In this document: positions 48,029 to 58,123 of the stretch, one piece after another | Layout of the letters: each line of letters starts with the position of its first letter | Numbering within the stretch: the stretch's first letter is position 1 | Origin: Candidatus Eiseniibacteriota bacterium | GTDB taxonomy: Bacteria > Eisenbacteria > RBG-16-71-46 > JABDJR01 | Assembly (NCBI GenBank): GCA_963762255.1 | Contig: CAVXKA010000003.1 | Span: 192,001 to 256,000 of the forward strand | DNA length: 64,000 nt | Direction of reading: 5' to 3' | Program-made: the position numbers and the translations under genes | Notes under the pieces: model-generated | What the model was told of the DNA's origin: nothing | Seen by the model: the letters and a program-made list of their open reading frames with translations, nothing else | Database searches by the model: none

Positions 48029-48771
48029 GCGCGCCCCCTCATCACCAGCCGGGCCGATTCCAATTGGTCCGGCGTGTTGATGCCGGATACCTCCGCTGGA
48101 TCCTCCACCACGATTCCCTCCACCACGCGCCCCTCCGCAAAGGCCAGGGCCACGGTGTCGGTGAGGTAGTACTCGCCCTGGCGGTTGCGGTTCTCGATCC
48201 GAGCCAGGGCCCCGGAGAGGAAGGGATAGGAGAAGGCGTACATGCTCGAGTTGATCTCGGTGATGCGCCGCTGCTCCGGGGTGCAGTCCTTGTCCTCGAC
48301 GATGGCCACCACCCGGCGGCCGGAGGAATCTCGCACGACCCGCCCGTAGCCGGCGGGATCGTCCAGGAGCGCGGTGAGGACCGTCACCGTGGCGCTCGCC
48401 TCGCGGTGGTGCGCCATCATCTGGCGCAGGGTCTCGCCGCGGATGAGCGGAGCGTCGCCGGCCAGCACGGCTACGTCTCCGGTGAAGCCTTCGAGGAGCG
48501 GCGCCGCGCACAGGGCCGCGTGCCCGGTGCCGAGCTGTTCCGCCTGGAGCGCGAACTCCACGCGGCGTCCCCGCAGGGTCTCCCGAACGCGCTCGTGCTG
48601 GTAGCCGACGATGACCACCGTCCGGGGGAATCCCGCCGCCTCCACCGCGTCGATCACGAGGTGGATGAGGGGACGTCCTTCGATGGGATAGAGCACCTTG
48701 GCGAGGTCGGAGCGCATGCGCGTTCCCTTCCCCGCCGCCAGCACCAGCGCCACGGTCTCCGGCAGCCTCAC
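48025..48771 (-). CDS. GlmU N-terminal (uridylyltransferase) domain-only protein
   Basis: VLAAGKGTRMRS..KVL, QLGTGHA, GYGRV, EINS, NRQGEYYLTD, GINT; no left-handed beta-helix domain. Confidence 0.88.
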   Translation of the reverse strand: MRLPETVALVLAAGKGTRMRSDLAKVLYPIEGRPLIHLVIDAVEAAGFPRTVVIVGYQHERVRETLRGRRVEFALQAEQLGTGHAALCAAPLLEGFTGDVAVLAGDAPLIRGETLRQMMAHHREASATVTVLTALLDDPAGYGRVVRDSSGRRVVAIVEDKDCTPEQRRITEINSSMYAFSYPFLSGALARIENRNRQGEYYLTDTVALAFAEGRVVEGIVVEDPAEVSGINTPDQLESARLVMRGRA

Positions 48772-49646
48772 CGCGATCTCCTCGTCGCCTGGAACTCCAC
48801 GTTGTCGATGAGCCGCGTCCGGCCGAGGTACGCCGCGATGGGAATGAGCACGCGCCCTTCGACACGATCCAGGCTCTCGAGCTTGCGGGCGTCCACCACC
48901 GCCGCGTAGTCGAGACGCACGCGCGGCTCGACCGCCACCTCGCGACGGATCAGCGACAGAAGCTTGGCCGCGGAGTGTTCGCCTCCGCGCGCCGCGCGCT
49001 GCGCCCGGACAAGCGCTCGATGCAGCACCGGCGCAGCCCGCCGATCTTCCGGCGAAAGATAGACGTTGCGGCTCGACATGGCGAGTCCGTCGCGCTCGCG
49101 CCGGGTGGCTCCGCGCACGACCTTCACCGGCAGGTCGAGATCCTCCACCATCCGCTCGAGGATGACGGCCTGCTGGGCATCCTTCTGACCCAGGATCATG
49201 ACGTCGGGCTCCACGAGATGCAGGAGCTTCAGCACCACCAGCGTCACCCCGGCGAAATGCGTGGGCCGGGTTGCCCCCTCGAGCAGGCCCTCCAGCCCTG
49301 TCACCCGGACCTCGGTGCAGCGTCCCGAACGGTAGATGCGCTCGGCTGCGGGCACGAAACAGAGGTCCACGCCGACCCCGCGCGCCAGGGTCAGATCCCT
49401 GGGAAGGTCTCGCGGATAGGCGGCGAGATCTTCGGTGGGCGCGAACTGAGTGGGGTTGACGAAGATGCTGACTAGGACGCGATCCCCATGCCGGCGCGCC
49501 CGCCGCATGAGGCTCAGGTGACCCTCGTGGAAGTACCCCATGGTGGGAACGAACGCCACGCGCTGCCCATCGGCGCGCCATCCGCGCACGACGCGGCGCA
49601 GGACGGCCGGGTCCTTCACCACCCGCATCGGACCCGCCCCGCTCAT
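48768..49646 (-). CDS. panC: Pantoate--beta-alanine ligase
   Basis: VPTMGYFHEGHLSL, SIFVNPTQF, RPTHFAGV, GQKDAQQ, DGLAMSSRN and RLIDN. Confidence 0.96.
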   Translation of the reverse strand: MSGAGPMRVVKDPAVLRRVVRGWRADGQRVAFVPTMGYFHEGHLSLMRRARRHGDRVLVSIFVNPTQFAPTEDLAAYPRDLPRDLTLARGVGVDLCFVPAAERIYRSGRCTEVRVTGLEGLLEGATRPTHFAGVTLVVLKLLHLVEPDVMILGQKDAQQAVILERMVEDLDLPVKVVRGATRRERDGLAMSSRNVYLSPEDRRAAPVLHRALVRAQRAARGGEHSAAKLLSLIRREVAVEPRVRLDYAAVVDARKLESLDRVEGRVLIPIAAYLGRTRLIDNVEFQATRRSR

Positions 49647-50443
49647 TTGGCGTAGGTTTCTTCGGGGCCGGGGAACCGCCGCGCCCGTACGTCCTCGGCG
49701 TAGCGGCGAACCGCGTCCTCCATGACGGAGTGAAGGTCGGCGTAGCGGCGCACGAACTTGGGCACCGAGGGCGGCATGCCGAGGAGATCGGTGACGACCA
49801 GGATCTGCCCGTCGCACGCCGAGCCCGCGCCGATCCCGATGGTGGGGATCGCGACGGACTCGGTCACCCGGGCGGCGAGCCCGGCGGGGATCCCTTCCAG
49901 CACGATCGAGAAGCAGCCGGTCGCCTCCAGCGCGCGCGCGTCTTCGATCAGTCGCTCGGCCGCGTCGGGAGCGCGCCCCTGAACGCGATACCCCCCGAAG
50001 CGCAGCACCGACTGCGGGGTGAGACCGAGATGTCCCATGACGGGAATCTCCGCCTCGATGAGCGCGCGCACATGCGCAAGCCGCTCGCGTCCGCCTTCGA
50101 GCTTGACCCCGTCCGCCCCCGCCTCCTGAACGAGCCGTCCGGCGTTGCGGATCGTCTCCTCGGGGTTGATGTGATAGGTCAGGTAGGGCATGTCCGCGAT
50201 CACCAGCGATCGGGGTCGGGCCCGGGTGACGGCAGCGCAATGGTGGAACACATCGTCCAGGGTCACCGGCAAGGTGCTGTCGTAGCCGAGCACCACGTTG
50301 CCCAGGGAGTCACCCACCAGAATGAGATCCACTCCCGCGCCGCTCAGGATCCCCGCGGTCAGCACGTCGTAGGCGGTGAGACAGACGAGCGGATCTCTTC
50401 CCTTGCGCGCCCGGAATTCGGGAACGGTCATGCGGGCGGTCAT
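49643..50443 (-). CDS. panB: 3-methyl-2-oxobutanoate hydroxymethyltransferase
   Basis: LTAYD, LVGDSLG, ADMP, VKLEGG, GHLGLTPQ, PTIGIGAG...DGQILV. Confidence 0.96.
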   Translation of the reverse strand: MTARMTVPEFRARKGRDPLVCLTAYDVLTAGILSGAGVDLILVGDSLGNVVLGYDSTLPVTLDDVFHHCAAVTRARPRSLVIADMPYLTYHINPEETIRNAGRLVQEAGADGVKLEGGRERLAHVRALIEAEIPVMGHLGLTPQSVLRFGGYRVQGRAPDAAERLIEDARALEATGCFSIVLEGIPAGLAARVTESVAIPTIGIGAGSACDGQILVVTDLLGMPPSVPKFVRRYADLHSVMEDAVRRYAEDVRARRFPGPEETYAK

Positions 50444-51100
50444 TCAGCGACCCTCCTCACCGAGCGGCCGGTAATAGACGATGCCCCCCGTGTGCTCTTC
50501 GATCCTGCTGATGAGGTCGTTGCGCTGGTCGAGATTCTGAACGAAGTCCACGCCGTTGGTATCCACCACGAGGAGCGGCGCCGCGTCGTAGTGGAAGAAG
50601 AAGAAGTTGTAGGCCTCGTTGAGTGCGGTGATGTAGGCCTCGTCCATCTCCACCTCGTAGGGGCGGGCGCGTCGATGGATCCGCTCCAAGAGCGTCGGGG
50701 TGGAAGCCTGCAGGTAGACGACGAGATCGGGCGTGGGCACGTCGCGCTCGAGGATCGGAAAGAGCTTGTCGTAAAGGAAGAGTTCCTTGTCCGTGAGGTT
50801 GACGTTGGCGAAGATGCGGTCCTTCTGGAAGAGATAGTCGCTCACCACTCGTGGCGAGAAGATGTCGCGCTGCAGGAGCCGCTGCTGCTGCTGATACCGC
50901 GAGAGGAGGAAGGTCACCTGGGTCTGGAAGGCATAGCGCCGCCGGTCCCGGTAGAACTCCTCGAGGTAGGGGTTTTCCTCGAACTCTTCCCGCACCAGAA
51001 CTGCCTTCCACAGATCGCTGAGATAGGAAGCGAGGGTGGTCTTCCCGACTCCGATCACCCCTTCGATGACCACGAACTGCTTGACGCGCGTCTGGGTCAT
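50444..51100 (-). CDS. Deoxynucleoside kinase
   Basis: IEGVIGVGKTT, ENPYLEEFY, FQTQVTFL, PDLVVYL, RIHRRARPYE; ATG at 51100. Confidence 0.9.
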   Translation of the reverse strand: MTQTRVKQFVVIEGVIGVGKTTLASYLSDLWKAVLVREEFEENPYLEEFYRDRRRYAFQTQVTFLLSRYQQQQRLLQRDIFSPRVVSDYLFQKDRIFANVNLTDKELFLYDKLFPILERDVPTPDLVVYLQASTPTLLERIHRRARPYEVEMDEAYITALNEAYNFFFFHYDAAPLLVVDTNGVDFVQNLDQRNDLISRIEEHTGGIVYYRPLGEEGR

Positions 51101-51594
51101 GGCTGGAGAAACCCCCGCCAGCGAACCGGGGACGTGGCGCGGCGGCGGCGCAGAAGATCGCAGATCCGTTGTCCGGTGCGCGGGTCCACCCACATGGGGT
51201 CCAGCTCGCCGAGCGGCACGAGCACGAAGTCGCGCTCCAGGAGGCGCGGATGCGGCACCTCGAGATCCGGTTCCCGGATCGTCTCGCCGCCGAAGAAGAG
51301 AATGTCGAGATCGATGGTACGAGGCCCGGAGCGCCGCGCGCGCGGCCGCCCCAGGCGCGACTCGATCAACTGGAGGTTCCACAGCAGCCGCTGCGCGGAC
51401 AGCGCGGTCGCCAGTTCCGCCACGGCGTTGAGGTAGCGCGGCTCACCCGGGTCGCCGATCGGCTCCGAGTCGTAGGTGGAGGAGACACGGACCAGCTTGG
51501 TCTCGGGGATCGACGCCATCGCCTCGAGGGCGCGGCGCAAGTGCCCGACCCGGTCGCCGAGATTGGACCCAAGGCCGACGAAAACCTTCGTCAT
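51097..51594 (-). CDS. folK: 2-amino-4-hydroxy-6-hydroxymethyldihydropteridine diphosphokinase
   Basis: GLGSNLG, YLNAV, GPRTIDLDIL, PHP...RDFVLVPL. Confidence 0.95.
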   Translation of the reverse strand: MTKVFVGLGSNLGDRVGHLRRALEAMASIPETKLVRVSSTYDSEPIGDPGEPRYLNAVAELATALSAQRLLWNLQLIESRLGRPRARRSGPRTIDLDILFFGGETIREPDLEVPHPRLLERDFVLVPLGELDPMWVDPRTGQRICDLLRRRRATSPVRWRGFLQP

Positions 51595-51953
51595 CGTTCT
51601 CGCACCATCTCCACTTCCGCGGAGGCCAGGCTCCCGGCAAAAGGGACATTGGGTTTGCGGATCCGAACTCGCGCGCGTGTCGCCGGCGAGGTTCGGAGCA
51701 GCTCGCGGATCAGCGAATCGGCCAGCGACTCCAGGAGACGATAGCGCGACTGCTCCACCACCGACGCGATCGTCCGGTACACGGTCTCGTAGTTGATGGT
51801 GTCGGCGAGATGGTCGCTGTGCGCGGCCGTCTCGAGGTCGGCGGTCAGGTCCACGTCGATGTGGATGCGCTGACCGACTTCCCGCTCCGCCTCGGTCACG
51901 CCCAAGTGGGCGAACAGCACGATATCGTTAAGCCGCACATGGTCCGCGGTCAA
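51591..51953 (-). CDS. folB: Dihydroneopterin aldolase
   Basis: HLGVTEAER..GQ, DTINY, LLESLA, KP. Confidence 0.92.
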   Translation of the reverse strand: MTADHVRLNDIVLFAHLGVTEAEREVGQRIHIDVDLTADLETAAHSDHLADTINYETVYRTIASVVEQSRYRLLESLADSLIRELLRTSPATRARVRIRKPNVPFAGSLASAEVEMVRER

Positions 51954-51982
51954 GCGCCCCTCCCCGTTCAGGAAAGCTGAAC

Positions 51983-52011
51983 ACCTTACGAGGCAATGAC
52001 TTAGGTGTCAA
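51983..52011 (-). promoter_or_regulatory. sigma70 promoter of the fol/pan operon
   Basis: Minus strand TTGACA-N17-TAAGGT. Confidence 0.65.
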
Positions 52012-52123
52012 GCCGAAAGCCGCGCGAATCGACCGCAACGAGGCGACGCGTCCGCGGTGCATCCCGGGCTGGCGGGGGTCCCCGCCACCGCCGATAAATC
52101 GGGAGAGGTTGCACGCATCACCC

Positions 52124-53599
52124 ATGTCCGACTCGAACACACTCCTCTGGATGTCACTGGAACTCGATCCCGGGACTGCAGGCTACTTTGGGCTGCCGGA
52201 GCGCGTCTACGTGCCCGCCGGCACGTCGACCCCCTTTCTCGCCGACACCGACCGCCAAGTCACGCTGGACGGTCTGGCTCGCGCGCTGGAGGCCGCGGGT
52301 CCTCACGTGCCGGAGCAGGCCGGGCGCTTCGAGGTGATGCGATTCCTCGCGCGCTGGCCGCGCTACGCCGCGTTGGGGCGATACCTGCGCGTCGGCAACG
52401 AGACGTTCGCCCGACAGGTGGCGGAAAAGCTGATCGAGGACGATCCGCGCGATCCACCCGCGCTCGGGGCGCTGGCCGTTCTGGCTGCCCGTCGGGGGCA
52501 GTGGGAAGAGGCGAGCGCGCTTCTCGCTCGCGCGCTCGAGGAAGCTCCGTCGCACGCCCCCACCCACCTCCAGCATGCCCTTGCGCTCGCCGCCTGCGGC
52601 GACCGAAGGGGATCGCTCCTCGAACTCGATCCCCTCACCCGCCACCCGCGCGTGCAGGGGCCCGCCCGTCTGTGGAGGCACGAGATCGAAGCAGCACCGG
52701 ATGGAGAGCTGGCTGACCGTGTCGCACGCGGCATCGCGGCCTTCCAAGCGCTTCAGGGCAACGAGGCCCACGATGAGGCTTGGGTCACACTGCGGGGCGC
52801 GTTCCCGGAAAACCCGGAGGCGCTGCTCGCAGCGGCGGTCTCGCTGCGTGCGCGCGACGACGGCGATACGGAGATCCTTCTGCGCCGAGCCCTCGCGCTC
52901 GACGGGGGCCTCGCTCCGGCGCTGGCCCTTCTCGCCGAGATCCTCTGCCGGACCGCGCGCGCGGCGGAGGCGCTCGCCCTCCTGACCCCCGCTGCACGGG
53001 TCACGCCGGCCGACCCGATCGTCCAAGCCGCTCTGGCCCGGACTCTCGAAGAACTCGGACGCCCCGCAGACGCGCTGGCGAGCTATCGCGCCGTCTTCGA
53101 GCACCCGCTGGCCAAGGTGCCGGCGAGCGCGATGCTCGCGGCCGGGGATGGATTCCTGCGACTCCTCCCTCCCCTCGAAACTCGGCGAGCCTTCGAGGAC
53201 GCTCTCGCCGCGCGGCCCGACGACGCCGTTCCCCATCTTCTGCTCGCGCGCATCGATGCTGCGGAAGGCGGCACGGCCGCCGCGGAGCGCAGACTGCGTC
53301 AGGCAATTCGCGCTTGCGGTCCCCTCCCCGCCCTCCAATACGCTCTGGGCGATGTCCTGGCGCAAGCCGGACGCCGCGTGGAGGCAGAGGGGCTCTTTCG
53401 CGTCCTGACGCGCCGTCATCCGCGCTCGTCCTGGGGGTACCGAGGACTGGGGGATCTTGCGCTGGCCGCGGAGCCCGATCGCGCGCTGGTCTACTACGCG
53501 ACAGCGCTCGAGTTGGACCCCTGGACACCGATCCCCGCGTTCCAGCCCCTGCGCGATGCGCGCAGAAGACCGCCTAAGGGAGAACCACCACCCGTCTGA
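52124..53599 (+). CDS. Tetratricopeptide repeat protein
   Basis: Multiple TPR-like units (e.g. LGDVLAQAGRRVEAEGLF, YATALELDP); start uncertain (52109 or 52124). Confidence 0.75.
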   Translation: MSDSNTLLWMSLELDPGTAGYFGLPERVYVPAGTSTPFLADTDRQVTLDGLARALEAAGPHVPEQAGRFEVMRFLARWPRYAALGRYLRVGNETFARQVAEKLIEDDPRDPPALGALAVLAARRGQWEEASALLARALEEAPSHAPTHLQHALALAACGDRRGSLLELDPLTRHPRVQGPARLWRHEIEAAPDGELADRVARGIAAFQALQGNEAHDEAWVTLRGAFPENPEALLAAAVSLRARDDGDTEILLRRALALDGGLAPALALLAEILCRTARAAEALALLTPAARVTPADPIVQAALARTLEELGRPADALASYRAVFEHPLAKVPASAMLAAGDGFLRLLPPLETRRAFEDALAARPDDAVPHLLLARIDAAEGGTAAAERRLRQAIRACGPLPALQYALGDVLAQAGRRVEAEGLFRVLTRRHPRSSWGYRGLGDLALAAEPDRALVYYATALELDPWTPIPAFQPLRDARRRPPKGEPPPV

Positions 53600-56123
53600 C
53601 CCGGCTGTGCGGGCTCGGGGGCATGGAGGCTCCCGCGCCCGCAAGCACAGGGTTCGCGAATTCGAGTGTCATCCTCAAGAAATACACGCCGGCGGGGACG
53701 CGCCGGCCGTCGTCGCCGGTGAGATCCCAGACCGCGAGTCGTTCTTCTCCCCCGATCGAGAAGGCGCTCTCCCCGATGTTTCGGATGTGTCGGCCGACCG
53801 TGTCGAAGGCCTCCAGGCGAAACACGCCGCCGGCGGGCGAAGCGGGAACGTAGAAGCTGACCCGCACGCGGTCACGGGCGGGATTGGGATCGGGCGCGCG
53901 CAGCATGAACTGGGGAGATCCGGGAGTGAGCACCCGCAGGGTGTCCAGGTCCTCCTCGAGATCCGCCTCGTCGCGGACCGCCACGCGATAGACGTGCAGT
54001 CGTCCCGGCTCGGCATCGACGTCCACGACCTCGTAAGGGTTGCGCCCGCGCATGGCGAATTGGGACAACGCCTGGTAGGGTCCCTCTTCCGAGAACGCCT
54101 TGTACACCCGGTACCGTACGTCCCCTTGCTCCTTGCCCACGTACCAGCTCACGTGGATGCCGTCTTGGCGGATCTCCGCTTCGCTGAGGGATAGAAGCAC
54201 GATCGGAGCCACCGCGGCTCCGGTTCGCATCAGACAAATCGGGAGTCCGGTGCGCTGGTCCACTCCGGATTCTCCGCGTGCGTCCAGACGCGCGACCGCC
54301 TGATCGAAGGTCAGGCGCGGAAACCGCTGGAGAAGTAGAGCCACCGTCCCCGTCACCTGAGGCGCTGCCATGCTCGTTCCCTGACTCGTCCAATACCAAC
54401 GATCCGGAGACGAGAAGGTCAGGATTTCGGCAGGAGTCCAGACCGCGTCGGAGAGGGCGGAAGAGCGCGCGGAAACGATGCCGTAGCCGGGAGCGTAGAT
54501 CTCCGGCTTCTGCCGTCCGTCAGAGGTTGGACCGCGGCTCGTGAACGCCGCCACGTCCCCCACCCGGGGCTGCGCTTCGTAGCACTGCTCGCCTCCCTTC
54601 GCATCCGTCCAGCAGCTTCGGGTGGAAATCGCGCCCACTGCGATCACTTCCGGTGCGGTGGCGGGGGAGATCACGGTCTCCTCGGCGTCGACGGCGTCGA
54701 GGAACCGGGGCATCGTTTCCAGATCGGTGCGCCAGTTCACCACCCACCAATCCATCTCGGCGGCCTCCACCGTCGTGAGAGGTTCCACGCGCAAGGTCCA
54801 TGTGCCGGTCGCCCGTCGAACGCTGTTGGGATTGTCCTCGATCTCTACGAGAAACGTGCCGAACCCCTGGTCCTCGGTGTTCCATCCCCTCACGATGCCG
54901 CGCGTCGAGGTGAACTCCGCTTCCGTGTCGCCGGGGACGATAGGGCCCAAGGCAATCCCATCGGGATCGACAACCGTCAGCGCATAGCGGTCGCGCGCGT
55001 CGAACCACGCCTCCGCGTCGACGAACGACAGACCGTCGGAGTTCTTCGTGTAGTCGGGAAACTCCACTCGAAGCGCGATCGTCTCGCCGGGAACCGGACG
55101 GATCTCCGCATGCAGCGCGCGCTGTGCGTCGTTGCCGGCCGCAGCCACCAGCAGCCGCCCCGGTCCAAGGGTCGACCGCAGCGAGCGCTCGAAGGGCGTG
55201 TCCCCTCGGTGCGGGCCGAACTGATTGCCGAGGGAGAGGTTCACCACCGCGGGGAGACCCAGGGCGTCGGCCTGCCGAAAGATGTACCGCACCGCCAGCG
55301 CGACACCGACCTCGGTGAAGTTCGTGCGGACGGCGACCAACGTGGCCTCGGGGGCGATCCCGGCGTACCGCACGCCGTGCCCGCGCCGCAGAGAAGCGCG
55401 ACCGTTGCCTGCGGCGATGCCGAGCACGTGCGTACCGTGTCCGTCGATGTCGTAGCCCTGAAGGGTTCCTTGATCGATCACCTCGGCATCGTACTCGTAG
55501 CCGTACGGATATCCGGCGGGGGGCGTGCCGAGCGGTTCGGTCTGATCCCAGTACTTGTAGAGCCTGGTGTGGCCGGAGAGATCCCGGAAGTCGGGGTGCA
55601 GCCAATCGATCCCGCTGTCCGCGATCCCGATGACAACGCCTCGGCCGGTGACGCCGGTGAACGCGCCCGTCTCCTGATCCATGCGGCGAATCTGCGGCAA
55701 CCCGAGATAGGGGCCGCTCTGATCGAGCGCGGGCCACACCGGGCGGGCGAGCCGCGCGGAGGTGAGGGCTCCATCGTTCACGAGGCGGCGCAATCCGGCG
55801 AGGGTGACGCGCGCGGCATAGAGCCGCTCTCCCATCGCGGTCGCCTCGACCCCGTCGCCCCCCGGCGGCCGACCGTCCGTCTCCAGAAACACCTCCATCC
55901 GGTCGGACCCGTCGGTGGAGAGTGCGGCGAGAAGACCGCGAGGCAAGATGGCGGGGCTGCCGCCGGCCTGCGCCGCGCTCAGCAGGCCCGCATCGTCGCT
56001 CGCGGGGCGCGACAGGAGGCGCCGCAGGGCCGGATCGAGGGCGACCCCTGCGGGGCCTGGGGCGGAACCCCCGAGGACCGCGGCCAGAATGGCGAGAAGA
56101 GCAATCTTGCGAATGGTGTTCAT
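53574..56123 (-). CDS. Secreted S8 subtilase (Csp-like insertion) with FlgD/T9SS-like CTD
   Basis: Signal peptide; GIADSGID, GHGTHVLGIAAG, AAAGN and GTSMAAP; C-terminal PNP...WDL...GVYF. Confidence 0.92.
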   Translation of the reverse strand: MNTIRKIALLAILAAVLGGSAPGPAGVALDPALRRLLSRPASDDAGLLSAAQAGGSPAILPRGLLAALSTDGSDRMEVFLETDGRPPGGDGVEATAMGERLYAARVTLAGLRRLVNDGALTSARLARPVWPALDQSGPYLGLPQIRRMDQETGAFTGVTGRGVVIGIADSGIDWLHPDFRDLSGHTRLYKYWDQTEPLGTPPAGYPYGYEYDAEVIDQGTLQGYDIDGHGTHVLGIAAGNGRASLRRGHGVRYAGIAPEATLVAVRTNFTEVGVALAVRYIFRQADALGLPAVVNLSLGNQFGPHRGDTPFERSLRSTLGPGRLLVAAAGNDAQRALHAEIRPVPGETIALRVEFPDYTKNSDGLSFVDAEAWFDARDRYALTVVDPDGIALGPIVPGDTEAEFTSTRGIVRGWNTEDQGFGTFLVEIEDNPNSVRRATGTWTLRVEPLTTVEAAEMDWWVVNWRTDLETMPRFLDAVDAEETVISPATAPEVIAVGAISTRSCWTDAKGGEQCYEAQPRVGDVAAFTSRGPTSDGRQKPEIYAPGYGIVSARSSALSDAVWTPAEILTFSSPDRWYWTSQGTSMAAPQVTGTVALLLQRFPRLTFDQAVARLDARGESGVDQRTGLPICLMRTGAAVAPIVLLSLSEAEIRQDGIHVSWYVGKEQGDVRYRVYKAFSEEGPYQALSQFAMRGRNPYEVVDVDAEPGRLHVYRVAVRDEADLEEDLDTLRVLTPGSPQFMLRAPDPNPARDRVRVSFYVPASPAGGVFRLEAFDTVGRHIRNIGESAFSIGGEERLAVWDLTGDDGRRVPAGVYFLRMTLEFANPVLAGAGASMPPSPHSRVRRVVVLP

Positions 56124-56184
56124 GCCGATCGTAAGCCCGCCATGAAGGTAGCACGCCGAGGGCCCTCAACCTAGAATCTCCGTC

Positions 56185-57228
56185 ATGAGACCGTATGCCA
56201 TCTTCGGGGCCGGAGCGGTGGGCTCGGCGCTGGCCGCTTACCTCGCCCGAGCCGGGCATGCGGTCGTGATCGTGGGGCGTCCCGCGCACCTGGACGCCAT
56301 TCGCGCCCAAGGCGGGCTGCGCACGGTCGCTCGGGACGGTACCTTCACAGCCCCGGTGCGCGCGGCCGCATCGCTTCCTGAAGACCTCGCTCCGGACGCG
56401 GTACTCATGCTCGCGGTGCAAGCGCCCGATGTGCGCGTCGCGGCGGAGGCGGTCGCGCCGGCCGCCCGCACTCGCGAGGTGATCACCTGGCAGAACGGCA
56501 TCCGCGCCGAAGCGACGGCGGCCCCGTTCTGTCCGCAACTTCTCGGCGGGGTCGTCCGCTTCACCGCCACGCTCCTCGTCCCCGGCGAAGTGCGGCTACG
56601 TCGTCCCGGCCAGCTCATCGTGGGGCGCCACCCCGAGGGGCCCGACTCCGCCGCGGCATCCATCGTCGAGGACCTGCGCGCGGCGGGCTTCACCGCGTCC
56701 GAATCCCCGCGCATCGCCGAGGACAAGGCGCTCAAGCTTCTCGTGAACCTGGTGAGCGGCCCGCCGGTTCTCCTGCGCCGGACCGGAATCGAGCCGGTGC
56801 TCGCGCGCGTGCAGGTCGCCGTGCTCGAGGAAGCGGTGCACGTGTTCGCCGCGGCGGGTATCGCCGCCCGCCCGGCTTCGGGCCTGGGACAACCGGTCGA
56901 GGAACTACTCGCCCACTTTCGCGCCGGCGGCTCCGCCCCGGACACGAGCGGGGGCATCTACAACTCGACGTGGCAGAATCTCCATCATCACCGGCCCCGA
57001 CTCGAAAACGACTTCTACCACGGCGAGATCGTGCGGCTCGGGGCGCTGCACGGAGTTCCCACGCCGGTCAACGCGCGGGCGTTGGAGACGCTGGAAGATG
57101 TGCGCCGTCAAGGACTCGGACCGGAGCCCTTCGACCGCGACGCCTTCAAGGCCCGTTTCGCGGGTGTGATAGATTTCGACGCGCGCACCGAGGAGCCGCT
57201 GCCGCCCCTGCCGGGGCTGGAGATCTAG
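56185..57228 (+). CDS. Ketopantoate reductase (PanE/ApbA) family protein
   Basis: GAGAVG Rossmann motif, QNG, KLLVN, STWQ...ENDFYHGEIV...GVPTPVN. Confidence 0.8.
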   Translation: MRPYAIFGAGAVGSALAAYLARAGHAVVIVGRPAHLDAIRAQGGLRTVARDGTFTAPVRAAASLPEDLAPDAVLMLAVQAPDVRVAAEAVAPAARTREVITWQNGIRAEATAAPFCPQLLGGVVRFTATLLVPGEVRLRRPGQLIVGRHPEGPDSAAASIVEDLRAAGFTASESPRIAEDKALKLLVNLVSGPPVLLRRTGIEPVLARVQVAVLEEAVHVFAAAGIAARPASGLGQPVEELLAHFRAGGSAPDTSGGIYNSTWQNLHHHRPRLENDFYHGEIVRLGALHGVPTPVNARALETLEDVRRQGLGPEPFDRDAFKARFAGVIDFDARTEEPLPPLPGLEI

Positions 57229-57280
57229 CCGCCCGCACGGTCCGGGACTGGCAGTGCAAAGCCCGGTATTCCGGCGGCGC

Positions 57281-58069
57281 TCAGAGCATCCCGGCGAAGA
57301 GATCCTCCACGGGACGTGCCGTCCCATCGGGAAGCGGGACCCGCGCGGCGCTGAGCACGAATCCCTCCGTGCTCCATTGCTCGGTCAGATCGCCGAGGCG
57401 GCGCTCCATATCGTGGACGAACGGCGCCTGCGAAGCATGCGCGCGCACCGCCGCGCGCTTGACCGGAACGAACGCGCGCACATCCAGGAGAGCATCCAAC
57501 TCACTGTCCGGTACGCTGTGGATGTGTCGCCAGGTGATGCGCTCCGCTTTCGACTCCGCAACGCAGTAGGTCCAGAGCCGCGAGGCAGCGTGCGGCGCGC
57601 CGAGGTCGGGCGCGTATGCGGGATCGGCGGCACGTTCGAAGGCCGCTATCGATCGCGCGGTAACGGTTCGGTGGTCGGGATGGCCGCTGATGCCGTTGGC
57701 GTGAAACGTCATCACGATGTCGGGTCGCACGCGCCGCACCGCGCGCACGAAGGGACGCAGAAGGGTTTCCTCAGCGAGACGGGCCAGCCCTCCGTCGGGA
57801 AGCGCGAGCTGCTCGAGCGATCGCGCGCCGAGGGCGCTCGCCGCCGCGGCCATCTCCCGCTCTCGGAGTTCTCCCAAAGCCCGCCGCCCGAGCGACGCCG
57901 AGGTTCCGATCGTGCCGGCCTCCCCGCGCGTCGCGGTGACGAAGTGGACTTCGTGCCCCTCCGCGGTCAGGCGCGCCAGCGTTGCTCCCGGTCCGAAGGT
58001 CTCGTCATCCGGATGGGCGAAAAGACCGAGCACGGCGAAGCGGCGCGAGGGTGAAACCATGTCTGGCAA
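57281..58069 (-). CDS. PIG-L family deacetylase (MshB/BshB/Mca-like)
   Basis: FAHPDDE, TATRGEAG, GHPDH, AHASQ. Confidence 0.9.
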   Translation of the reverse strand: MPDMVSPSRRFAVLGLFAHPDDETFGPGATLARLTAEGHEVHFVTATRGEAGTIGTSASLGRRALGELREREMAAAASALGARSLEQLALPDGGLARLAEETLLRPFVRAVRRVRPDIVMTFHANGISGHPDHRTVTARSIAAFERAADPAYAPDLGAPHAASRLWTYCVAESKAERITWRHIHSVPDSELDALLDVRAFVPVKRAAVRAHASQAPFVHDMERRLGDLTEQWSTEGFVLSAARVPLPDGTARPVEDLFAGML

Positions 58070-58123
58070 TTCAATCCTCTGGACGTGGAATGGCGGGAGC
58101 CCGCGACGCCACGGATCGCCCGC

